DNA from: a virus
Lineage: Duplodnaviria > Caudoviricetes
Length of the DNA: 60,117 nt
Strand: one strand, 5' to 3'
Virus record (IMG/VR): IMGVR_UViG_3300000932_000004
Location: 1 to 60,117 of that record
This document shows, in pieces, positions 31,253 to 41,023 of this stretch; within the stretch, counting starts at the first letter, position 1; each line of letters starts with the position of its first letter. Below the pieces are notes generated by a model. The model made no database searches and was not told the DNA's origin. It saw nothing but the letters and a program-made list of their open reading frames with translations. The position numbers were made by a program, and so were the translations under genes.

Positions 31253-32233
31253 TTAAAGTATTATGTAAGATAATCTGAAATTATTTAAGTAAACGCCTAA
31301 CGCTACAGTTTTCGGAACCGACAGCCCAAAATATTTAACATCTGTGTTTGCAGAAAAAATTTGACTTTCCCAAGTATCTAAAACATTCGCTTCAACTCTA
31401 AAACTCAATCCCGTTAAAGGGCAGGATATTCCTAAAAACGATTTATTTAATACCCCAGCTCTTGTAAAAATTATTTGGTAAGGCAAAGTGCCCTGATTTA
31501 TTCCCTGAGAAATATCTAAGGATTGATTCTGGCTTGCAATTATCGTTTCAACGCCAGCTACTCTTGCAATTACTTGATTTGTAAAATAGCCTAATCTAAT
31601 GTGAAATCCATTATCAGCATCTTTACCAAACCAAAAACGTCCAGCTCCGTTATTTTGAGATTGAAAAGAAAATTCCGCTATAAAAGAACCCCTTACTCCA
31701 AAAATATTGCTTTCCACTGCTGTAGCGGCGTATTGATTTATATTTGTTGCAAGTCTTACAGCATTGTTACTTATATGCGCGGGTTGTCCAGCTAAAGTCT
31801 GCCAAGCGTGCCCACTATCTGAAACCCCTGCCCCGCTAAAAACAAGTGTATTTGGTCTATTAACATTATCCCAAACATTAGCTCTAAATAAATCAAAACC
31901 TGCCCCTACAATAGAACTATTAAAAGGTACTTTACTCTTTAAAAAATCAGTTTCATTGACCGCTTCAATTCCTGTTCCATTACCTCGGTAAATATTTCCT
32001 TCAGTAAAGTCTGTGATTGCCTCAACAGCATTTTTTGCCGCTTCTGCGTCTGTTGCACTTTGTGCTGCATCTGTTTTTGCTTGTTCTATTCCAGTTTCTG
32101 TATAAAAATCAGAAACCGTTATTTTTTTTAATTTACCATCCTGATCTAAAAATGATATGGAACCATCTGTTGTAGATTCTTGTGGTACTTCCAATACCTT
32201 TAACCCTTTTCGGGCTATAAATTCATTTGCCAT
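31253..32233 (-). CDS. Fibre/receptor-binding-like protein
   Basis: MANEFIARKGL N-terminus, Ala-rich coil (AAQSATDAEAAK), beta-rich C-domain; GTATTTAT motif upstream. Confidence 0.55.
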   Translation of the reverse strand: MANEFIARKGLKVLEVPQESTTDGSISFLDQDGKLKKITVSDFYTETGIEQAKTDAAQSATDAEAAKNAVEAITDFTEGNIYRGNGTGIEAVNETDFLKSKVPFNSSIVGAGFDLFRANVWDNVNRPNTLVFSGAGVSDSGHAWQTLAGQPAHISNNAVRLATNINQYAATAVESNIFGVRGSFIAEFSFQSQNNGAGRFWFGKDADNGFHIRLGYFTNQVIARVAGVETIIASQNQSLDISQGINQGTLPYQIIFTRAGVLNKSFLGISCPLTGLSFRVEANVLDTWESQIFSANTDVKYFGLSVPKTVALGVYLNNFRLSYIIL

Positions 32234-32279
32234 TATTTAATCTTCACTATCCGATTAATATTAATTCGAAAATTTTAAT

Positions 32280-32317
32280 TATAAATACTACATTATATTT
32301 TTTATTCAGTATTTATA
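32280..32317. promoter_or_regulatory. Divergent AGTATTTATA pair at main strand switch
   Basis: tataaatact 32280-32289 and agtatttata 32308-32317. Confidence 0.65.
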
Positions 32318-32336
32318 TAAAAAAATATAAATTTTT

Positions 32337-33107
32337 ATGGAAAACAATAAAATTTTTGAATCAGAATTTGAGGAAGATGTATTACAGACCGTTACATTAC
32401 CATCAAAGGGTATTTTGTATAAAAACGGGACAAAGGAAGTTATGGTTGATTATATGACAGCCAGTGATGAAAATTTGTTATCATCACCTGAGTTGATCAG
32501 AAAAGGGACTGTAATTGATGAATTATTAAAAAGAAAAATCAAGACAAAGGATATTAATATCGATGAATTATTGAATGGTGACAAGGATAAGATATTGGTA
32601 CAATTAAGGGCATCTAGTTATGGTCAATATTATGATGTTAAAATCACATGTCCAGACACTGGTAATGAATTTGATGAATCTATTGATTTATTAACATTAA
32701 ACGAAAAGGAATTGACAGTGGTACCAGATGAAATGATGTTATTTAGTTACACATTACCAATGAGTAAAAAGGTTGTTAAGTTTAAATTATTACCATCTGG
32801 TGAATTTAATAAAATAATTGATGATTCACAAAAACAAAAAGACATTTATAAAAAACAATATAGTGAAGTTATTACATTATTGTTAAAGGGTCAGGTTAAA
32901 GAAGTTGATGGAAATACGGACAGAAATTTTATTAATAAATTCATTGATAAAATGAGGGCTGGTGATTCTGTTGCATTGAGAAAATATATTAGATCAATTG
33001 AACCAGGTATTGATTATGATTATGAAGTGGAATCACCATATACTGGTAATAAATTTAAAGCTACATTAAATTTTGGTATTGATTTTTTTTATCCATCAAC
33101 CATCTAA
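32337..33107 (+). CDS. Baseplate hub/tail assembly chaperone (T4 gp26-like)
   Basis: LPSKG..Y, MTA.DE.LL, LR..SYG..Y...ITCP, TLP.SK..VKFKLL; upstream of tape measure. Confidence 0.8.
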   Translation: MENNKIFESEFEEDVLQTVTLPSKGILYKNGTKEVMVDYMTASDENLLSSPELIRKGTVIDELLKRKIKTKDINIDELLNGDKDKILVQLRASSYGQYYDVKITCPDTGNEFDESIDLLTLNEKELTVVPDEMMLFSYTLPMSKKVVKFKLLPSGEFNKIIDDSQKQKDIYKKQYSEVITLLLKGQVKEVDGNTDRNFINKFIDKMRAGDSVALRKYIRSIEPGIDYDYEVESPYTGNKFKATLNFGIDFFYPSTI

Positions 33108-33292
33108 ATGAGTATAGACTTGCATTATATGATCAAGAATATTATTTTGTAAAGCACATTGGTTATTCTGAAAGAACTTTTTGGAAAATGCCAATATTTA
33201 GACGGTTGTATATTTTGGATAAATATAAAAAGGAGTTGGAACAACAAAAAGAAATTATAGATAAATCAAATAGTAAAATGAAAAAAAATTAA
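33083..33292 (+). CDS. gp51-like frame, probably a -1 frameshift extension of 32337..33107
   Basis: Frame opens after TGA 33080-82 at a T8 run; LYDQEYYFVKHIGYSERTFWKMPIFRRLYIL; no ATG/GTG/TTG before the internal MP. Confidence 0.7.
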   Translation, partial: FFLSINHLNEYRLALYDQEYYFVKHIGYSERTFWKMPIFRRLYILDKYKKELEQQKEIIDKSNSKMKKN

Positions 33293-33319
33293 ATCCAGTA
33301 GATTTTACTGGATTTTTTT
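33291..33319 (+). terminator. Intrinsic terminator
   Basis: AATCCAGTA-gattt-TACTGGATT followed by T run. Confidence 0.8.
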
Positions 33320-33351
33320 ATTTTGTATTTATGATTAAATATTTTATTTAA

Positions 33352-35742
33352 ATGGCAAAACGTAATAAAAATAAAAGTAATAATGTTAATATACCAACCA
33401 GTATGGTTGATAAGGATTTTGAGCAACATTTAAATACAATATTAAAATCATATCGAAATCAGGGAAATTTATTAAAAAAAATAAACCAGATAAAACGTAA
33501 TTCTAGTCAATTAACAAGTTCGCTATCAACAAAACAACAAAAAATATTAGCAAATACGATTAGAAGATATGAAGTCCAAGAAAAAATAAGAAAAAATTTA
33601 TTAAGTACAGATAATATTCATCGAAATATTATGAATAGTTTAAGATATACTTATAATTATCTTGAACAAAACGATGAAATTATTAAATCATCTGCGATTA
33701 GTCTTGGTTTATCTCGTGGATTATCTGATCAATATAGACAAAATTTATTAGATAGTGCCAGATATGCTGCTAGTCTTGGATTATCGTTAAAAGAACTTGC
33801 GGTAATACAACAAGCATATACAAATGAAACGGGTCAATCCGCATTATTATCTGCAAAAGCATTAGAGGCTGTTACACAAATAACACAAGGTACTGGTTTA
33901 TCTGCTGAAAATGCTGGTACATTGGTTGGTCAATTTAAGTTACTTGGTTTAAATGCTGAAAATACAAGAGATTTTGTTGAATCTACCGCAAAAGAAACCA
34001 CAAAATTGGGTGTTAGTTTAAATAAAGTATTGTCTGATATTAATACAAATTTTAAACAGATACAAAGCTATAATTTTTCAAATGGTATTAATGGTGTTCA
34101 AAAGATGGCGATGTATGCTAATATGTATAAAATTAGTATGCAAGACACATTCGCATCAATTGATAAAGCCAGAACCTTGGAAGGTGCTGTTGAAATGTCT
34201 GCAAGATTGATGGTAATGGGTGGGGAATTCAGTAAACAAAATATGTTTGAAATTGGATTTCTTGCAAGAAACAGACCAGAAGAATTCATGAAAAAATTAA
34301 ATGAGATGAACAGAAGTGTTTATCATTTTAATGAAAGAACTGGTGAAATACAATCAAGTGCATTTGATTTGGATAGATTAAGGGCTGTTGCAGAAGCTAC
34401 TGGTGTTCCATTTGAAAATCTAAATCAGCAAGCAAGAAGAATTGCCGAAATTGATTTTGCAAAAACAAAATTAACGAGTAATTTATCTGCAGATGAAAAA
34501 GACTTTATAGCCAATTTAGCAACATTTAATAAATCTACTGGTAAGTTTGAAATACAATTAGGTTCTGATGCTGTTGATATTAGAAATATTGGTAGACAAC
34601 AACTTCAAGCAATAAGAGAACAACAAGATTCTCTTGAAAAAAGGGCAAATGATTCAATGACCTTTGATAAACAATTTAGAAATAGCATTGAGGAATTAAA
34701 GACACTCGCATTACCATTAATTAAAACATTAAATACAGCATTAAGAGGTATTCAAAATATTGGTAATCAATTTGGTGATTGGAGTGGTGTTGTTAAATTA
34801 GCTATGATAGGTGGTGCTGGTGTTATTGTTGCTGGATTAAGTAAATTTACAGCAACATTATTGTCTGGAATGTCTGGTGTATTTACTAATTTTTTAGCTG
34901 GTTTAAGTACCAGATTATCAATTGGTGGTACGACAGGTGATGTTAGTACAGGTAAAGGTTTTATGGGTAAACTAGGTGGTGCTGCAGGTTCTGCAATGGC
35001 TGTTGGTGGTGCTTTTTTGGCTGCATCATATGGTATATCCATGATTGCTGATTCATTTAAACAATTGAATCCCGAACAATTAGATGCTATTACTGCTGCA
35101 ATAGTTACAATGGGTATATCTATACCTGCTTCAATATTTGCGATATCGTTGGCTGGTAAAGCTGGAGCTATTGGTATTGGAATTGTAACTGGTGCAATGC
35201 TAGGATTGGGTCTTGCTGCAATGGGTATTGGTAAGGGTATTGAATTTGCTACAAATGGTCTGAGTAAAATGTTTTCGGTTCTACCAGAAGTTGCTGAATC
35301 AATTAGTAAAATTGGTATTGGTTTAGCTACATTTGTAAATCCATTAACATTGTATGGTATTTTAGGTTTTACAGGGTTTTTGAAAGCAATATCATCAAGT
35401 AGTGGTGATATTGATAAATTATCCGTACTTGCTGAATCTATGGCAAATGGAACAAATGGATTTAAAGCATTTGGTGATGCAATTGATAAAGTTAGTATGG
35501 TTAACAACGATAAAACAATTGAAAAAATAACAAGTTTGATAAATCAGTTAAATAATATTCAAATATCAAACCCATTTAATGAACTAAAAGAATTATTATC
35601 AAAACCATTAAAGGTTGAATTTGCTGATAATAACGTTGATATGGTTGTAAATATTTCAAATGTTCTGGATGGTAAGGTAATATCTAAAAACATATACCCA
35701 CATATCGCTAAAATCACAAAGAGTAATCAACAAAACAAATAA
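33352..35742 (+). CDS. Tail tape measure protein
   Basis: Helical Ala/Gly-rich 796 aa with hydrophobic GxxxG segments; follows chaperone genes. Confidence 0.8.
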   Translation: MAKRNKNKSNNVNIPTSMVDKDFEQHLNTILKSYRNQGNLLKKINQIKRNSSQLTSSLSTKQQKILANTIRRYEVQEKIRKNLLSTDNIHRNIMNSLRYTYNYLEQNDEIIKSSAISLGLSRGLSDQYRQNLLDSARYAASLGLSLKELAVIQQAYTNETGQSALLSAKALEAVTQITQGTGLSAENAGTLVGQFKLLGLNAENTRDFVESTAKETTKLGVSLNKVLSDINTNFKQIQSYNFSNGINGVQKMAMYANMYKISMQDTFASIDKARTLEGAVEMSARLMVMGGEFSKQNMFEIGFLARNRPEEFMKKLNEMNRSVYHFNERTGEIQSSAFDLDRLRAVAEATGVPFENLNQQARRIAEIDFAKTKLTSNLSADEKDFIANLATFNKSTGKFEIQLGSDAVDIRNIGRQQLQAIREQQDSLEKRANDSMTFDKQFRNSIEELKTLALPLIKTLNTALRGIQNIGNQFGDWSGVVKLAMIGGAGVIVAGLSKFTATLLSGMSGVFTNFLAGLSTRLSIGGTTGDVSTGKGFMGKLGGAAGSAMAVGGAFLAASYGISMIADSFKQLNPEQLDAITAAIVTMGISIPASIFAISLAGKAGAIGIGIVTGAMLGLGLAAMGIGKGIEFATNGLSKMFSVLPEVAESISKIGIGLATFVNPLTLYGILGFTGFLKAISSSSGDIDKLSVLAESMANGTNGFKAFGDAIDKVSMVNNDKTIEKITSLINQLNNIQISNPFNELKELLSKPLKVEFADNNVDMVVNISNVLDGKVISKNIYPHIAKITKSNQQNK

Positions 35743-35853
35743 TATTTGGTTTGCATGTTCCAAAATTTCCGATTTTTTTTCAATTATTTTTATCCTCATA
35801 AAACGCTGATTTTCAATGATTTAAAAAAAATTTTAAAAAAAAGTGATAAAATT

Positions 35854-35896
35854 TGGGAAACATAGGTACTTTTTGTTGTTATTATAAGTAAAAGGG
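35854..35896 (+). promoter_or_regulatory. Conserved upstream element, copy 2, pointing into the repeat array
   Basis: TGGGAAACATAGGTACTTTTTGTTGTTATTATAAGTA matches reverse complement of 29216-29259. Confidence 0.7.
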
Positions 35897-35914
35897 TTTC
35901 CTAAAATCACCCCG

Positions 35915-36477
35915 AAAAATCTATATATATACAACTGTATATACAACTGTATAAGAAGTTAGTAAACAACAATAGTATAAGAAGGTAAGAAACAACAAAA
36001 AAAATCTATATATATACAACTGTATATACAACTGTATAAGAAGTTAATAAACAACAATAGTATAAGAAGATAAGAAAAAAACAACTGTATAAACAATAGT
36101 ATAAGAAGATAAGAAACAACAAAAAAAATCTATATATATACAACTGTATAAACAATAGTATAAGAAGATAAGAAAAACAGTTGTATAAACAATAGTATAA
36201 GAAGATAAGAAAAAACAATAGTATAAACAATAGTATAAGAAGATAAGAAAAACAGTTGTATAAACAATAGTATAAACAATAGTATAAGAAGATAGAAAAA
36301 ACAATAGTATAAGAAGGTAAGAAAAACAACTGTATAAACAATAGTATAAGAAGATAGTAAACAACAGAAAAGAATTATAAAAATATTATTGAATATTACT
36401 AACTCCTTATACATCTGTATATACAGTTGTATATATATATAGATTTTTTTTGTGGTTTTATCATATCTTCTTATACA
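35915..36477. repeat. Non-coding modular repeat array with terminal inverted repeat (iteron/origin-like)
   Basis: About 20 copies of ACA(ACT/ATA/GTT)GTATA interspersed with AGAAGATAAGAAA; 35915-35965 recurs inverted at 36396-36448. Confidence 0.9.
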
Positions 36478-36537
36478 AAAGTTGTTTAACGGAATTATGT
36501 TTATTTCTAAAAAACTATTTATATCAAAGATATATCA

Positions 36538-39120
36538 ATGAGTAGAATAGAGGATAATAGTAGAATATTGAGAAGTAATCTTATCAATAAAAATATTTAT
36601 ACGGAAAATAACATATATGATATCAATACACCCGTAAGTATTCAATTCATAAATGATATATCAAGATTATTAAGACCAGGTAATGGATTTGATTTTAGTA
36701 ATACAGTTATTGGTAGAGTAATAGGACCTCAAACAAAATTAAGTAATATATCATCTGTTGCTTTAGCTAAACTATATACAGAACAAGTTAAATCAATTAT
36801 TGTAAGAAAGAATATACCAACAATAAACCTCAATAATTTATTTACAAATAACGATATTGAATTATCTGTTATAGATTTTTCAATAACAAAAGAAAATAAA
36901 GAAGATATTGAGAATAACATATTCAATATTTTATCTGATTATTCAAGTATATACAATCTGAAGAATCCTATTGAATTATCAACAAATAATACAACTGATA
37001 TATCAAAAATATTAGTAAATCAATATACAGGTAAAGGTCAATTAAATAATTTAAGAAATTTACTATCAAATAATATTTATTATAATAATTTTAGTAATTC
37101 AATAGATGTTGATAACAGTAGTTTAATTAATGATATTACAAATAACAATACAGGTTTAATTTTCAATAATATTACAGGTTTTAGAGGTATATCAATTGAT
37201 AATTCTTTAGATGGTTATTATAGAAGAAGATATAGTAATCAACAATACGGTTCTGTTGTTACACCTATTGAATTAACATATAAAATTGATACAATATCAA
37301 ATAAAGATGATAGTGAAGATATTGTTACTATAAACAGTCAATCAGAAAATACATTTACATGGGGTTTAAACAACAGTAGTATAGATACAGATATTGGTTT
37401 ATTAGGATATACAAATGCATTATTCAATAGCATAACTACAGAAGGTAAACCATCAAAATATGATAAAACTGTTGATAGTATTGAAGTTAATGGTAAAAGA
37501 TATTATAATGGTGTTAAATATGCTAATAGATCTTATAGTCAATCAAATCAATATAATAGTCTAGATAAAACAATTAGACCATATGGTAATAACCTAATCA
37601 ATTCTGTTATTAAAGATAGACAAATACCAAAAGTAATATTCAATTCACCAGATTCAGGAAATCCAATAAATAATTCAATGTTTACTATTGAAAATTTAGG
37701 TTTCGAATTTGGTACTACATCTCAAACACAATTAGAAAATATAGATCAATTAGGACCTAATAATGGTAAATTAATGTGGTTTGTACCCTCAATATTAGAT
37801 TTTTCAGAAAACGTTATACCAAACATTGTATCAACAAATTTCTTGGGTAGAGGAGAACCAGTATATACATATGCAAATACAGAAAGAAAACTACAACTGA
37901 ATTTTATAATGATTGCTGATTATGCAAAAGAATTTATAAATGTCAATACACTATCAGATTTTGCAAATAGAATATATGGTTCTGAAGAACCTCAAAATAA
38001 TCCAGATAGGTATTCCGCACCAACTAATAATTTCAGTAATGATGGTAAAATAAATAAATTACAACAAGATGCGGAACAATCAAAAAATAAACTAAATACA
38101 ATAACAATTGATTTTGATATATCAGACAATCTACCAATTGATTTTTATTATAATGATAGTAGTTTTTCAATGGTTAATATTCCACAAAATAATGGATTTG
38201 ATGAAAAACTAAATACCATCTTCAATAAAATGAATGAATATTATTCAATAAATTCAAATGCTATTTTTGATATAAATATCAATGGTTCTGTTTTTGATAC
38301 GGATAGTAATCTAGATACTTTATACAGTAGAAGAGTCAGACTGTTTAAAGAATATATCGAAGGATATTATTTACAAAATTATCCTAAATTAAAAGATAGA
38401 ATTGGTATAAATATAGAAGATTTTACAAATAATAATGTACCCAAAAATATTACCGATGAATCATTAAATTCAGTCTCTTCAATAAAGAAAAGAAAAGTAT
38501 CAATAAGTTCTGTAGTTGTTGATGATAATACAAATAATATCGATCAAGAAATTACTGATTTTTCAAATACGATTATTAGTGATATCAATAATGAAATTGA
38601 TGATATTAATTCTAGAATTAATGGTAGAAGAATAATTATCAATGATGATGAAATATCTGATAGTAGTATTAACGGTACATTCAATAAAATAAAGCAAAAT
38701 AAATTACAGAATGGGTTAATAACTTATACGGCATTTGATATCTATGAAAGATTAACCTTTTTACATCAATGTACTAGACAAGGTAGATCACCAGTTGATG
38801 GTAATATAAGTAATAGTGCATTTGGTAAACCACCAATAATCGTCTTTAAATTGGGTGATATGTATAATACAAAAGCTATTATAACAAGCATGGATTTTCA
38901 ATTTGAACAGGAGATTCCTTGGGATTTAAATCCTGAAGGTTTTGGTGTTCAAAAAATGGGATGTAAGGTAAATATAAATATGAATTTAATCGGTGCATCA
39001 GGTATTAATGGACCTAAATCACATATTTTGAATGGAAATAGTAAAAGATTTTATGCCAATTCATCATTTGAGAGTCAATCGGATATTATTGATGATGAAG
39101 ATAATATATTAAATAATTAA
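36538..39120 (+). CDS. Baseplate hub/tail-tube-initiator-like structural protein
   Basis: FLGRGEPVYTY.NTER and PPII.FKLGD.YN.KAII.S....PW motifs; between tape measure and gp53/X-like gene. Confidence 0.6.
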   Translation: MSRIEDNSRILRSNLINKNIYTENNIYDINTPVSIQFINDISRLLRPGNGFDFSNTVIGRVIGPQTKLSNISSVALAKLYTEQVKSIIVRKNIPTINLNNLFTNNDIELSVIDFSITKENKEDIENNIFNILSDYSSIYNLKNPIELSTNNTTDISKILVNQYTGKGQLNNLRNLLSNNIYYNNFSNSIDVDNSSLINDITNNNTGLIFNNITGFRGISIDNSLDGYYRRRYSNQQYGSVVTPIELTYKIDTISNKDDSEDIVTINSQSENTFTWGLNNSSIDTDIGLLGYTNALFNSITTEGKPSKYDKTVDSIEVNGKRYYNGVKYANRSYSQSNQYNSLDKTIRPYGNNLINSVIKDRQIPKVIFNSPDSGNPINNSMFTIENLGFEFGTTSQTQLENIDQLGPNNGKLMWFVPSILDFSENVIPNIVSTNFLGRGEPVYTYANTERKLQLNFIMIADYAKEFINVNTLSDFANRIYGSEEPQNNPDRYSAPTNNFSNDGKINKLQQDAEQSKNKLNTITIDFDISDNLPIDFYYNDSSFSMVNIPQNNGFDEKLNTIFNKMNEYYSINSNAIFDININGSVFDTDSNLDTLYSRRVRLFKEYIEGYYLQNYPKLKDRIGINIEDFTNNNVPKNITDESLNSVSSIKKRKVSISSVVVDDNTNNIDQEITDFSNTIISDINNEIDDINSRINGRRIIINDDEISDSSINGTFNKIKQNKLQNGLITYTAFDIYERLTFLHQCTRQGRSPVDGNISNSAFGKPPIIVFKLGDMYNTKAIITSMDFQFEQEIPWDLNPEGFGVQKMGCKVNINMNLIGASGINGPKSHILNGNSKRFYANSSFESQSDIIDDEDNILNN

Positions 39121-39122
39121 AA

Positions 39123-39434
39123 ATGGAAAGTTTTAACAGATATTATTATGCAAGAATAAACGGGGAATTAAATCAATTACCATTTATTCAAATACCTGAA
39201 AATTCTTCAGATAAATATATCAAATATATTGAGGGTAGTAATAAAACAAGATTTGATATTTTAGCACAAAAATATTATGATAACCCAACAATGGGATTTT
39301 TTATACTTATGGCAAATCCAGATTATATGTCCGAACATGACATACCTGATGGTACTGTTATTAGAATACCCTTTCCAAAAGAAAGAATAATACAACTATA
39401 TGATCAAGAAATGTTAAAAATTTTTAATTTATAA
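39123..39434 (+). CDS. LysM-like baseplate protein (T4 gp53 / P2 gpX-like)
   Basis: RFDILAQKYY.NP....ILMANP....IPDG.VIRIP. Confidence 0.75.
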   Translation: MESFNRYYYARINGELNQLPFIQIPENSSDKYIKYIEGSNKTRFDILAQKYYDNPTMGFFILMANPDYMSEHDIPDGTVIRIPFPKERIIQLYDQEMLKIFNL

Positions 39435-39469
39435 AAAATTTAAATATATTTGTGGTTTGATAAAACCAC

Positions 39470-40984
39470 ATGAATAAAAATATAACAATCGTAATATCAT
39501 CACATTTATCAGACGATGATAACGAAAATTTTAAAAATCATATAAACAATACAATCGGAATAAAAGATTGTGAAATATTGCTTTATAAAAATTTTAATGA
39601 ATATTCATTAGCTGAATTATATAATAAGGGTCTTAATGAATCAAAAAACGATATTGTTTTATTCGTACATAATGATATATTTTTTAATACCAAAAACTGG
39701 GGTAAAACTTTGTTAAAGCATTTTAACAGCAGCGATTATGGTATTTTAGGTATTGCAGGTACAACTGATTTAAATGAAAATGGTGTTTGGTGGACTGAAA
39801 ACCATAGAACGATTGGTATTGTAAATCACCGACATAATAATAAAACTTTTGAAAGTAAATATTCTAATTCATATCCAAATGAAATTATTGAAGTTGCTGT
39901 TATCGATGGGTTATTTATTGCAGTTAATAAAAATAAGATTAAAAATAGCTTTGTAGAGACGTTTAAAGGATTTCACTACTATGATATACCATTTTGTCTT
40001 GAAAACAGCTTAAAAGGCGTTAAAATTGGTGTTATTTTCGATATAAGGGTAACACATTATTCAATTGGGCAAACAAATGAAGAATTTCATAAAAATAAAG
40101 AAATATTCATTGAAAAATATAAAGAATATTTACCCCATAGAATTAAAGTAAATGAGATAAAAGAAATTTATACTAAAAATATAAGAATTAAAAATGAACC
40201 AAAATTATCAATAATAATACCACATAAAAATAAAAATAATCTACTGTTTAATTTATTAAAATCTATAGAAGATAATACAAAATATAATAATTATAAAATT
40301 TACATTGCAGATACTGGTAGTGATACAAATAAACTTAATGAAATTATTAATTATATTAATGATAGTACCAAAATCAACTTAATTACATACGATTATTATA
40401 ATTTTGCTAAAATAAATAATGATGTTGTTTTAAATCATGTTGATAAGGACAGTGAATTATTATTATTTTTGAATAATGATATTAAATTTGTAAATGATGT
40501 AATTACAAATATGGTTGATACATATATGAAAAATAAAAATACAGTGGGTACGGTTGGTGCTAGATTATATTATGATGATAATAGTATCCAACATTCTGGA
40601 ATTGAAATCTTTATTAAAGATAATAAATTAAATTTAAAACATCATGCAATTAAATCGTATTATAAATATTATAAAAATACTGTAAAGGATATTATTGGAA
40701 ATAGTGCAGCATGTATGTTAACACCCTATAAATTATTTAACGATATTGGATTGTTTAATGAAAACTATATTGAGTGTTTTGAAGATGTTGAATACAATTT
40801 AAATTGTATTTTAAAAAATAAAATAAATATTTTCAATAGTAATGCAATCGCATATCATTATGAATCACAAACAAGAAATGACGATTCAGAAAAAAACAAT
40901 AAAATGAATATTGATATTGAAAAATTGGGTAAATTTATTGGCGATAATTTTTCTAAATTAAATAAATACATAAAAATATATTAA
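39470..40984 (+). CDS. Two-domain GT-A glycosyltransferase
   Basis: Domain 1 YN.GL..S..DIVLFVHNDI, GFHYYD; domain 2 LSIIIP, LLFLNNDI, EDVEY. Confidence 0.85.
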   Translation: MNKNITIVISSHLSDDDNENFKNHINNTIGIKDCEILLYKNFNEYSLAELYNKGLNESKNDIVLFVHNDIFFNTKNWGKTLLKHFNSSDYGILGIAGTTDLNENGVWWTENHRTIGIVNHRHNNKTFESKYSNSYPNEIIEVAVIDGLFIAVNKNKIKNSFVETFKGFHYYDIPFCLENSLKGVKIGVIFDIRVTHYSIGQTNEEFHKNKEIFIEKYKEYLPHRIKVNEIKEIYTKNIRIKNEPKLSIIIPHKNKNNLLFNLLKSIEDNTKYNNYKIYIADTGSDTNKLNEIINYINDSTKINLITYDYYNFAKINNDVVLNHVDKDSELLLFLNNDIKFVNDVITNMVDTYMKNKNTVGTVGARLYYDDNSIQHSGIEIFIKDNKLNLKHHAIKSYYKYYKNTVKDIIGNSAACMLTPYKLFNDIGLFNENYIECFEDVEYNLNCILKNKINIFNSNAIAYHYESQTRNDDSEKNNKMNIDIEKLGKFIGDNFSKLNKYIKIY

Positions 40985-41023
40985 TAGGATAATAATAGTA
41001 TTTATATATATAAAATATTTACT

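Noticed and set aside
33108-33152. Short ORF MSIDLHYMIKNIIL after the gp26-like stop
   Set aside because: 14 codons; the overlapping -1 frame carries the gp51-like sequence
34767-35507. 246-aa minus-strand ORF
   Set aside because: Antisense shadow of the Gly/Ala-rich tape measure region
36006-36414. Three overlapping minus-strand ORFs (YTIV/LFIL/YYCL repeats)
   Set aside because: Open in all three frames only because the repeat lacks stops on that strand; low-complexity translations
35915-36477. CRISPR array
   Set aside because: No unique spacers, irregular modular units, no cas genes in the window
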